In this document: one piece after another, positions 16,789 to 24,000 of the stretch | Layout: every line of letters begins with the position of its first letter | Position numbering within the stretch: the first letter of the stretch is position 1 | NCBI RefSeq assembly: GCF_000746205.1 | Contig: NZ_JQKV01000001.1 | Coordinates: 143,652 to 167,651 of the forward strand | Direction of reading: 5' to 3' | DNA length: 24,000 nucleotides | DNA from: Halorubrum sp. BV1 | GTDB taxonomy: Archaea; Halobacteriota; Halobacteria; Halobacteriales; Haloferacaceae | Notes under the pieces: model-generated | The model's database searches: none | What the model saw: the letters and a program-made list of their open reading frames with translations, nothing else | What the model was told of the DNA's origin: nothing | Translations under genes and position numbers: made by a program

Positions 16789-17567
16789 CAGTCGAACGAT
16801 ACCCCCGCAATATCGAGCGCGGTTTTGAGGCCTTCCTGAAGCGACGATTGTGTTTCCACGTCGAATCCAATTCCGAGCTGCACGAGTGTCTGGGAGATCT
16901 CTGGATTGAGTCCCGTGATGATTGTCTGACCGCCCATCAGTTTGACGGCGTGGATCGTATCGATAAGATGTTGGGCGGTCTGGGTGTCAACCGCCTCCGC
17001 ACCGGTAATATCGATGATCGCGACAGTGGCTTCCGTTTCTGAAATCCGTTCCAGGAGCTTCTCAGTGAAATCTTGGGCCTGTGCCGAGTCGAGTTTCCCG
17101 ATGATCGTCGAGAGCAAAATCCCGTCCCAGACCTCGACGATTGGCACTGATCGCTTGGCGAGTTCATCGGCCAACGACTCTTGAATCTCTCGTTGCCGAT
17201 TGCGCTCGGTGATGTTCCGACCGATACTGGCGATCGCTTTGAGACTTTCATCCTCGTCTTCAACGGGAGTCCACTGGAACTCGTACGGGAGCCGCTCTCC
17301 CGTCTTCGTTTCGAGAACAGTCCCAAGCGTGACGGCCGTCCGATCATTGGTGATAGTCTTTATAGCCGTGCGCACGTCCCCGCGCTCTCCCTCGGGGACG
17401 AGATCGGCGGGGTTGAGGTCCCCAATCTCGTTGTTGTCGTATCCTGTGACGCTTGTGAATCGAGCGTTCCACTCCACGTACTCGCCGCCGGGAGTGAATA
17501 CGTAGAACAGGTCATCAAGCGAATTGACAGCGTCTGCGAGTAACCCAGGATCCGAAGAATTGATCAT
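16788..17567 (-). CDS. rsbR-like: RsbR-like stressosome sensor with N-terminal PAS domain and C-terminal STAS domain
   Basis: Start MINSSDPGLLADAVNSLDDLFYVFTPGGEYVEWNARFTSVTGYD (PAS) at 17567; the track M at 17576 is a TTG. STAS: IVEVWDGILLSTIIGKLDSAQAQDFTEKLLERISETEATVAIIDITGAEAVDTQTAQHLIDTIHAVKLMGGQTIITGLNPEISQTLVQLGI. Confidence 0.93.
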   Translation of the reverse strand: MINSSDPGLLADAVNSLDDLFYVFTPGGEYVEWNARFTSVTGYDNNEIGDLNPADLVPEGERGDVRTAIKTITNDRTAVTLGTVLETKTGERLPYEFQWTPVEDEDESLKAIASIGRNITERNRQREIQESLADELAKRSVPIVEVWDGILLSTIIGKLDSAQAQDFTEKLLERISETEATVAIIDITGAEAVDTQTAQHLIDTIHAVKLMGGQTIITGLNPEISQTLVQLGIGFDVETQSSLQEGLKTALDIAGVSFD

Positions 17568-17591
17568 GGATACCAATTTATCCCCCTGGTT

Positions 17592-17598
17592 GATATAA
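17592..17598 (-). promoter_or_regulatory. Putative TATA box of the leaderless stressosome operon transcript
   Basis: Minus strand ggttatatca is centred about 28 nt upstream of the ATG at 17567, the spacing expected for a leaderless haloarchaeal mRNA. Confidence 0.5.
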
Positions 17599-17636
17599 CC
17601 TCACGCTACTTATTTGGTATTAATTTAATCCATCAC

Positions 17637-17647
17637 TAAATACATAA
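17637..17647 (+). promoter_or_regulatory. Putative TATA box of the divergent Bat-type regulator gene
   Basis: taaatacataa is centred about 29 nt upstream of the ATG at 17671. Confidence 0.45.
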
Positions 17648-17670
17648 CCTTCCGTTGAGAGCGATTATCT

Positions 17671-19308
17671 ATGGCCGATACTGATCCCGGGGATAGGACA
17701 GAGCACAAATCCCTGTATAAAACTGCGGTAGAGCAGTCACCCGATGGGATATTTGCCTTGACGAACGATTTGGAACTGGCGTTAGTGAATAGACGGATTG
17801 AATCATTAGCCGGTGTTGAACGAGAGGAGTTGGTCGGGAGCCACGCGTCGGTTTTCCGCGAAATTGGGCTCGTAGATGGAGCCAATTACGACCGGGCAAT
17901 TGCCGCATGTAGAACGGTACTGGATGGTGACGCTGATTCGGAGCAATTTGAAATTCAACTCACGCCACAATCCGAACCGATCACCGCTGAGTATCGGGTT
18001 GAACGAGTGTCCCGCGAGGAGGAAAACGCGCTCTTGATTGGAGTGCTCCGGGACATCACCCCCCGGATCGAGCAACAAAAACAGATCAAACGCCAACGAA
18101 ACGAGCTCAAAACGGTTAGTCAGATCCAGTCATTACTCCACAATATAATGAAATCACTCCCGTCAAGCACGACGAGAGCGGAAATTAATCAAGTTGTGTG
18201 TAATCAGCTCATTCAATCAAGCTTCTATGATGCTGCATGGATGGGATACAAAGGGCCTCAAGAAGAAGGAGTCAGAGGCATCTATACCGCAGGGGTGGAG
18301 CCTGGTCTCCAAGAGTTCATCACGACTCGTGAGATGGGCCGGGACGGAGCGTCAATTCTGAGCGAGGCGTTCGATACTGAACACATCCAAGTGATCAGTA
18401 GTCCGGCGACGGATCCGAGACTTCCCGATCAATTTCGAGATCAGCTTGTCCGCTATGGATATGAATCAGCGATTCTCGTCCCGCTCACAATCGATCATAT
18501 GTCGTTTGGAGTATTAATGGCCGCAACCCATCGAAAGAATGCGTTCATCAGTCGGGAACGGATGGCGTTCGAAGCGTTAGGAGGTGTCGTTGAATTTGCG
18601 GTGAATGCCGTCGAGAACGTCCAATTACTGCAGGGGGCGAAAATGGTCGAACTCAGATTCCAGATACAGACGGGTGCGATCGCTGCAGACATCTCTGATA
18701 CGTTCGATTGTGAGTGCTATCTTAATGGCATCTCACCCGCCCCTAACGACAACCTACGATGTTTTGTCTCCGTTGAGGATGCACCCACGGATGAGGTAGC
18801 TGTCTTTGCGGAACAACAAGCGGCGGTTCGAAGCGTCGAGGTGATCGACGAGTGGGAGTCGGGTGGGACGTTCGAGATCGTCTTGGGAACGTCCCCGTTG
18901 CAACCGCTCATTGACTCCGGGGTTTACATCGAGGGAGCTTCAGCGTCAGACGGAACCGCACACATATCAGTTCGTATCGGTGCAGATAGAGATCCGGTTG
19001 AGATCCTCGACAGGGTAGAATCGGTCTATCCGGAAATCGAACTCGTGAGCAAACAATTGGTAGAGGATACACGTCACCCCGTCTTTGAACTCAGTGGATG
19101 GGTAGGCGAACATCTCACGAGCAAACAACGTCAGGCGTTGGAGGAGGCGTACTTTCGGGGCTATTTCGAGTGGCCCCGCGAGAACACTGCAGAGGAGATC
19201 GCTGAAGCCCTAGGCGTCTCGTCCGCTACGTTTCACGCCCATCATCGCAAGGCGACTCAGAAACTCCTCTCAGCGGTGTTTGAAAAGAGCACAGAGCGGG
19301 AGATGTAG
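17671..19308 (+). CDS. Bat-type transcriptional regulator (PAS-GAF-bacterioopsin activator domain-HTH_10)
   Basis: 545 aa. PAS (LYKTAVEQSPDGIFALTNDLELALVNRRIESLAG), GAF-like mid region, and C-terminal LTSKQRQALEEAYFRGYFEWPRENTAEEIAEALGVSSATFHAHHRKATQKLL, the classic Bat HTH. Confidence 0.95.
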   Translation: MADTDPGDRTEHKSLYKTAVEQSPDGIFALTNDLELALVNRRIESLAGVEREELVGSHASVFREIGLVDGANYDRAIAACRTVLDGDADSEQFEIQLTPQSEPITAEYRVERVSREEENALLIGVLRDITPRIEQQKQIKRQRNELKTVSQIQSLLHNIMKSLPSSTTRAEINQVVCNQLIQSSFYDAAWMGYKGPQEEGVRGIYTAGVEPGLQEFITTREMGRDGASILSEAFDTEHIQVISSPATDPRLPDQFRDQLVRYGYESAILVPLTIDHMSFGVLMAATHRKNAFISRERMAFEALGGVVEFAVNAVENVQLLQGAKMVELRFQIQTGAIAADISDTFDCECYLNGISPAPNDNLRCFVSVEDAPTDEVAVFAEQQAAVRSVEVIDEWESGGTFEIVLGTSPLQPLIDSGVYIEGASASDGTAHISVRIGADRDPVEILDRVESVYPEIELVSKQLVEDTRHPVFELSGWVGEHLTSKQRQALEEAYFRGYFEWPRENTAEEIAEALGVSSATFHAHHRKATQKLLSAVFEKSTEREM

Positions 19309-19469
19309 GTTATCGACAGGGCGAAGACGGGAACCTGTCCGGATGCCCCCGACGGGCGATCTATTGGAAAACGCCCCATACGGGGTGACAGAGCCAGCAG
19401 ATCCCGGATGTTCTTGAGGCAAACACAATTTCACTACCACTGGTGCCACCGACACAGGCTTCACGATGA

Positions 19470-21104
19470 GCCGTCTTCCGGACAATTGCGACAACCACCT
19501 ATAGCGATTGCCCTGTCTACGACTCGACGCCGTTGTACGATCGGAGTTCACTCGCTGGCCTCGAAGAAGACATCCGAACCGTTGCGGCCACCTGGTTTGA
19601 CCACGAGGCCCACGACTCTGTCACCGAATTCGTCGCTCACTACCCGTTGACGTATGTCGAATTTCGCCCCGACGACCGGTATTCGAGAGCAACGCGATAC
19701 GAGATGGCGCAGCTGCTCCGCGCGTTCCTGCTCAAAGAAATTCACGGCTGGACCCACGAGACGGCACTCGCCACGTACCTCACCCAACGCCCAAAACTCC
19801 GTGAGCAACTGTGTCTGGAGATGGTCCCAGACCAATCGACGCTCTGGCGCAGCTGGCACGAGCGGTTCACCACTGACCTCCGGAAGTCAGTCGAGACGGT
19901 GGCTCGAATGATCCTCATCAAAGCTCAGGATGCGGGTGTCGCGGTTCCGCGTGAACCGGCACGAAAGCTCCAGCATCACGATGGCAAGTCTGGTGAGTCA
20001 GAATCAGACGATCAAACCACGTTGGAGCAGGCAGCGAAGCTCACCGACCACGTCAGCCGTATCGTCTTCCCGGCGTTTTCGCTGGATCGTGGGGACGGCT
20101 GTGAGATACATGAGAACGCCTACTGGGGATTACAGACGTATCTCGGACTTCGCGAGCAGCTGGCTGCGAACGAAGGAGCTCGCAGTTTCGTCTACGAATC
20201 GACTCGGGATCGGACACCGCTGGGGCACGCCCATCGCGACCACATCCGCGACCTCTCTATCGAGCAGATTCGCGAGATGTACCGACAGGCGATCCGGCAC
20301 CTCATCGGCGAGGTCGCAGAGACAGAGCAGTTCTTCCAGGCGGGTATTGTCGCCATCGACATCACTGAGGCCGATCCCTTCACCGGCAATAGAACGGGCT
20401 ACGAGGACGAGATCATCGGGACGAAAGAACAGACCGACGAGTACGCGTACCAGTGGGCGACAGTCCAGCTGGTCGGCAACGCCGTCCCGCTCGTCCTTGA
20501 TGCCCGCCCGGTACGGAAAGGCGAGAGTCGGAAGGACATCGTTGAGGACTTGCTGGATTCGGCTGAAGAGCTCGTCCACGTCGATAACGTGCTGATGGAC
20601 CGGGAGTTCGATAGCCAGCACGTCCTAGAGATGATCAGCCAGCGCGGGCTTTCCTACGTCGTTCCGAAGCGGATGCAGACCAGCGAAAAAGCTCAGGCAA
20701 AGCGGTTGCTCCAGCGCGATCAAGACCGATACGAGACCGACCGTAAACTCCATCTGGGGAAGAACGAGTGGCACGAGACGACGCTGATCTACCGCCGGAA
20801 AGAAGACTCTGAGCACGACGACCATCGACAGTACTCGGTGTTCATGTCAAACCGAGGTGGTAGCTTCCTCACTGAGTATAGGTATCGGTGGGAGATTGAG
20901 AGCGGCTATAGGTCGATCAAGCGGTTCATGGCCGCGACGACGTCTACGGATTTCGGACTGCGATTCTTCTACTTCGCGTTCGCGTGCCTCTTATACTCAA
21001 TCTGGCGAGCGATCGATCTACTCGTGCAGGCCGAGTTGACTGGAGAATACGAACGGTCACCGATGCTGACTGCAGATAATACACTCACGCTGTTGAAGAA
21101 ATAG
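19470..21104 (+). mobile_element. Insertion sequence core encoding an IS4-like DDE transposase (ends not defined)
   Basis: Open frame 19470-21104. No convincing terminal inverted repeats were found by eye. Confidence 0.7.
19533..21104 (+). CDS. IS4-like DDE transposase
   Basis: Candidate catalytic motifs GIVAIDITEADPFTG (D), NVLMDREFDS (D), YRWEIESGYRSIKRFMA (E, Y-x2-R-x3-E-x6-K). The tracked start at 19533 is a TTG. The frame extends upstream with IATTTYSDCPVYDSTP before any stop. Confidence 0.88.
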   Translation: MYDRSSLAGLEEDIRTVAATWFDHEAHDSVTEFVAHYPLTYVEFRPDDRYSRATRYEMAQLLRAFLLKEIHGWTHETALATYLTQRPKLREQLCLEMVPDQSTLWRSWHERFTTDLRKSVETVARMILIKAQDAGVAVPREPARKLQHHDGKSGESESDDQTTLEQAAKLTDHVSRIVFPAFSLDRGDGCEIHENAYWGLQTYLGLREQLAANEGARSFVYESTRDRTPLGHAHRDHIRDLSIEQIREMYRQAIRHLIGEVAETEQFFQAGIVAIDITEADPFTGNRTGYEDEIIGTKEQTDEYAYQWATVQLVGNAVPLVLDARPVRKGESRKDIVEDLLDSAEELVHVDNVLMDREFDSQHVLEMISQRGLSYVVPKRMQTSEKAQAKRLLQRDQDRYETDRKLHLGKNEWHETTLIYRRKEDSEHDDHRQYSVFMSNRGGSFLTEYRYRWEIESGYRSIKRFMAATTSTDFGLRFFYFAFACLLYSIWRAIDLLVQAELTGEYERSPMLTADNTLTLLKK

Positions 21105-21125
21105 GCAGGAATCGGGTAGTAGACT

Positions 21126-21144
21126 GCTCTATCCGTGATAGAGC
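21126..21144. repeat. Perfect 8-bp stem hairpin gctctatc-cgt-gatagagc, downstream of the transposase gene
   Basis: Direct inspection: rc(gctctatc)=gatagagc. Confidence 0.6.
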
Positions 21145-21410
21145 GTCGTCTAAGTGGCAACGCTACCGAAAGTTTCGAAAAAACCGCCCACATAGTAGGA
21201 AATCCAACAAGAATGGCCGTTTGGAGAGCGATCTGAAGCAGATTCCACTCATCAATTCAGTCGGAACCACGCATCATAGCCCCGCTAAACCCGCTATAGT
21301 CTCAACTTCCAAGTATCAAAAGTTAATATCGCGAAATACGGTTTATTTGATCCGGGCTGACCAGAATTCTGACCACCCAGCCAGTCGAAATTCGTCGGTA
21401 CGTCCCGAGT

Positions 21411-22445
21411 TCACTCGAGTAGCGAATACATATTTCTCTCGTACGTCTCGCGAACTTGGTTCCCCCAATCGTGCGTGTACGTGTCGATTATGTCGTCGGC
21501 GACGTCACCGCGGAGGTACTTGACCACTCCCCGGTCGCCGGTTCGGTCCCGGAGGTGCGTGGTGAAGAAGTGTCGAAAGTAGTGTGGAGTGACGTTTTCA
21601 GTGGCCCCGCCGCCGGTTCGATACCACCCGGCATCTCGGGCGTATCGTTCGACGATGTGCCGCACCGCCTGGGGGTCGAGTCGCGACCCCCATCCCTCTG
21701 CGGTGCCGACAAAGAGCGGATCGGCCGACGAGGGGCAGTCCGGTCGGATCGCGAGCCACGCTTTGAGAACTCGCGCCAACTCGTCGTCAACGGGGATCAC
21801 GGTACTGCGCTTACGCTTGTTCGATGCCGAGCGGACCTCGTCGTTCAACGTTTCGCCAACGGTCGCATCAGGCGTCACGTACACCGAATTCGGCCGACCG
21901 GCGAGTACCGGTCTGGTTCCGAGATCGTACGCCTCGTTCAGCTCGTCGTCGTCGATCGCGACGTCGCGGAGATCGAGGTTACAGCACTCACCGACCCGCA
22001 TCCCGGTCTTCAAGAGCGTCACGACGAGAGCGCGGTGAAGCGGATGGGTGATGCCGGAGACGAACGTTCGCATCGCGGGAATCGAAATGTCCCGGCGGGC
22101 CGGGTCCGTGTCGATCGTTTCGTCCATCTCTTCGACGACAAGCGTCATCGGATTGCCGTCGAACGCGCCGACCTCGGTCATATACCCGTAGAATCGGTGC
22201 AGATACGCCGCGTACGTCGCTACCGTGCTGTCGGCGAGTTCACCTCGGAGCGAGTGAATGAACGCCATACAGTCGCGGTGCGTGGCCGTCTCGGGGGTGG
22301 ACGTCTCGTCGAGAAACGCCTCGAACTGCCGGAGCACGCGCTCGTACGACTCGCGCGTCCTCGACGTCTTCCCGTGATAGGTCAGATCTTCGATGAAATA
22401 CTCAACCGGATCGTCGATATCGGCGGGGGCACGCGTGCTACTCAT
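21411..22445 (-). CDS. Tyrosine recombinase / phage-type integrase (XerC/D-like)
   Basis: N-terminal SAM-like DNA-binding region (TSRTRESYERVLRQFEAFL...STVATYAAYLHRFYGYM). Catalytic signatures: LLKTGMRVGE (R), THYFRH-like TPHYFRHFFTTHL (HxxR), and the GVVKYLRGDVADDIIDTYTH region. Confidence 0.93.
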   Translation of the reverse strand: MSSTRAPADIDDPVEYFIEDLTYHGKTSRTRESYERVLRQFEAFLDETSTPETATHRDCMAFIHSLRGELADSTVATYAAYLHRFYGYMTEVGAFDGNPMTLVVEEMDETIDTDPARRDISIPAMRTFVSGITHPLHRALVVTLLKTGMRVGECCNLDLRDVAIDDDELNEAYDLGTRPVLAGRPNSVYVTPDATVGETLNDEVRSASNKRKRSTVIPVDDELARVLKAWLAIRPDCPSSADPLFVGTAEGWGSRLDPQAVRHIVERYARDAGWYRTGGGATENVTPHYFRHFFTTHLRDRTGDRGVVKYLRGDVADDIIDTYTHDWGNQVRETYERNMYSLLE

Positions 22446-22815
22446 CGACGAGCGCGTATCCCCCTCGCCGGCCGTTGTATTTGATGCGGTTCCGATCCTG
22501 CAACTCGTCGAGTGCGTCCTCTAAGCGATCTTCGAAGTCGCCGCGCAGCGCGTCGACGAGTTCGTCCCACGACTGCGGTCCGTCAGCAAGAACCCGTTCC
22601 ACCTCTGTTTCGAGGTCGTGACTCCCGGGGGTTTCGTCCGTGGAAGCGGTCTCCTCGGTGCTCGACGGTTCCGAGAGAGAAAATCCACGTCTCCCGGCCT
22701 GTACCATCGTTCTGACGAACTCGCTTTGCGACATGTCCAGCTCGTTCGCGTGAGTCTGCCACCGATCTTTCTGCTCGGCGGGCACGTACGTTTTCACTGA
22801 ACGGCGATCACTCAT
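22438..22815 (-). CDS. DUF5805-like haloarchaeal protein (RHH/MarR-like segments), translationally coupled to the integrase
   Basis: Start MSDRRSVKTYVPAEQKDRWQTHANELDMSQSEFVRTMVQAGRRG at 22815. The C-terminus EVERVLADGPQSWDELVDALRGDFEDRLEDALDELQDRNRIKYNGRRGGYALV looks like a winged helix. Its end overlaps the integrase start by 8 nt. Confidence 0.75.
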   Translation of the reverse strand: MSDRRSVKTYVPAEQKDRWQTHANELDMSQSEFVRTMVQAGRRGFSLSEPSSTEETASTDETPGSHDLETEVERVLADGPQSWDELVDALRGDFEDRLEDALDELQDRNRIKYNGRRGGYALVDE

Positions 22816-23698
22816 CTCGATGTACCGTTTTGCGGCCGGTACCTTCAATTTACCCCATAATTCAGGATAAGTGACTTTATCTGTGGTTGTAGTACCTTCT
22901 AGATGACGGGGATAACTAGTTATATTGAATTATAGAACTATAAGCGCAGCAAACTGTTCCTAGATTATAGGATATATTACTGCTGCAAAATACTATGTCA
23001 TATGTTTGTATGTTTGTCAGCCGGAGCCAGCGTGACCGGAGATGGTCGCCGGACGGCGTGTCTCCACAGACAGCCCGATCGCTGGCGCGAATGAATCGTG
23101 CGTCGCACTGGAAAGTACGACAACTCGCTTGTGGGACTCAAGATGCGCTCGATCGATGTGAGCGTCGCGCATCGCTGTCTCTCTCCGTCTTCAAAATAAT
23201 CTGAATGATCCGACATATTATTGGTTAATAGATATGTGTTCTGCAACCTCGACGTACTCATCTGAGCGTGCTGTGTAGGGTGGCTGTCCGGGAAACGGGC
23301 GGTAGAAGGACAACGAGAAACGCTCTCGCTGGTGTCTGTCTCACTACCCGTATCGTTCTATTTCTGACCGTATACGCCGTTGTTCGGCTTATTTCGATGG
23401 CGACAGATACACGCACGATCAGTCAGCGTGGCGGATCTTCTAAGTGATTCTACTCGCCTAGACTGTCGGTTCGTCTCGTGATCAGAGCCAATTCATCCGA
23501 CGAATTGGAAACCAGAACAATATCTGAAAACGAGAGGTCGGAGATTGAGTGACGAGTGAAGATCTACTAACCGCGATACAAGGCGACCGTTCGGGTGTGT
23601 CCAGATCGCGTTGGGCCTGTTCGCGTCTGGGTCTTTTTTACACCGCTGTTTCGGTCGCTGCTCACACAGCACTATTTGTGGCACACACGCCAAGTATA

Positions 23699-23716
23699 TT
23701 GTATAGTGCTATACAA
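23699..23716. repeat. Inverted repeat ttgtatag-tg-ctatacaa
   Basis: Direct inspection: 8-bp perfect arms with a 2-nt centre, adjacent to the decayed transposase fragment. Confidence 0.6.
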
Positions 23717-23739
23717 ACGAACCTGGCCTTGATGAATCG

Positions 23740-23920
23740 TTCGAGCCGCTTTCGACCGTCTCGCGGAGATCTCGCATGAAGCGCTCGTTTCAGCTGCGCC
23801 ACAGTCTCGATTGATCGGGCACCGTCCCCAACTCTAAGCGCTTACAGAGTGTGGAGTGGCTACCGAGGTACTCGAGAAGTGCTGTTTCGTGTTCCCGCCC
23901 GTGGATTCCTCGTCCTCTGT
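23740..23920 (-). pseudogene. Decayed fragment of a DDE transposase related to the 19533-21104 transposase
   Basis: Minus-strand conceptual translation IHGREHETALLEYLGSHSTLCKRLELGTVPDQSRLWRS*NERFMRDLRETVES aligns with IHGWTHETALATYLTQRPKLREQLCLEMVPDQSTLWRSWHERFTTDLRKSVET. There is an in-frame TGA at 23790-23792 and a frameshift afterwards (ARTIHQGQ vs ARMILIKAQ). Confidence 0.82.
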
Positions 23921-24000
23921 ACCGAGTCGCTGGTTGAACAGGGCGGTCGCTCGTTCGTACCCGCTGTATCCGTCGAACCGCTCTGTGTCGTCGGTCATCG

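Larger units (their letters stand above)
9146..17567 (-). other. Predicted stressosome / two-component operon: rsbR-like, rsbS-like, rsbT-like, ATPase-PP2C (rsbX-like), HK, HK, HalX response-regulator pseudogene
   Basis: All genes are co-directional. Junctions are ATGA overlaps at 16786-16790 (rsbR/rsbS) and 16420-16423 (rsbS/rsbT), a 19-nt gap (rsbT/rsbX-like), an 8-nt overlap (rsbX-like/HK2), a 27-nt gap (HK2/HK1), and a ~29-nt overlap (HK1/RR). Confidence 0.85.

Noticed and set aside
19309-21240. Terminal inverted repeats and target-site duplication for the insertion sequence
   Set aside because: I compared the regions flanking the transposase on both strands by eye and found no convincing matching ends, so the boundaries are left undefined.
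23549-23779. 76-aa plus-strand ORF MTSEDLLTAIQGDRSG...
   Set aside because: No domain signature, and its 3' part is antisense to the decayed transposase. Not called as a gene.
1-24000. CRISPR arrays, Cas genes, tRNA or rRNA genes
   Set aside because: No regularly spaced direct repeats or recognisable structural-RNA sequence was seen on visual scanning. A covariance-model and CRISPR-finder run would be needed to exclude small ncRNAs.

Overview
This window is haloarchaeal chromosomal DNA. It has high GC, acidic proteins, HalX, Bat and PGF-CTERM family signatures, and leaderless-type promoters. The left part (1-8510) looks like ordinary core content: an SCO1/SenC-like lipoprotein (partial), a cold-shock protein, RadB, a large PGF-CTERM subtilisin-like protease, a CBS-domain protein with a C-terminal S30AE/HPF-like segment, a HAD hydrolase and an SDR oxidoreductase. 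The centre (9146-17567, minus strand) is the most interesting part. It is a compact, overlapping operon encoding what appears to be a complete bacterial-type stressosome module: RsbR-like PAS-STAS, RsbS-like STAS, RsbT-like switch kinase, and a GHKL-ATPase + RsbX-type PP2C fusion. Two multidomain histidine kinases follow, one of them with two complete transmitter modules, and then a HalX response regulator. That regulator is a pseudogene, with an in-frame TAG and two mutually compensating frameshifts. A divergent Bat-type transcriptional regulator (PAS-GAF-BAT-HTH_10) shares the upstream promoter region. The right part (19470-24000) is accessory: an intact-looking IS4-like DDE transposase, a tyrosine recombinase translationally coupled to a DUF5805-like MSQSEF-type DNA-binding protein, an AT-richer noncoding tract, and a decayed relative of the same transposase at the window edge.
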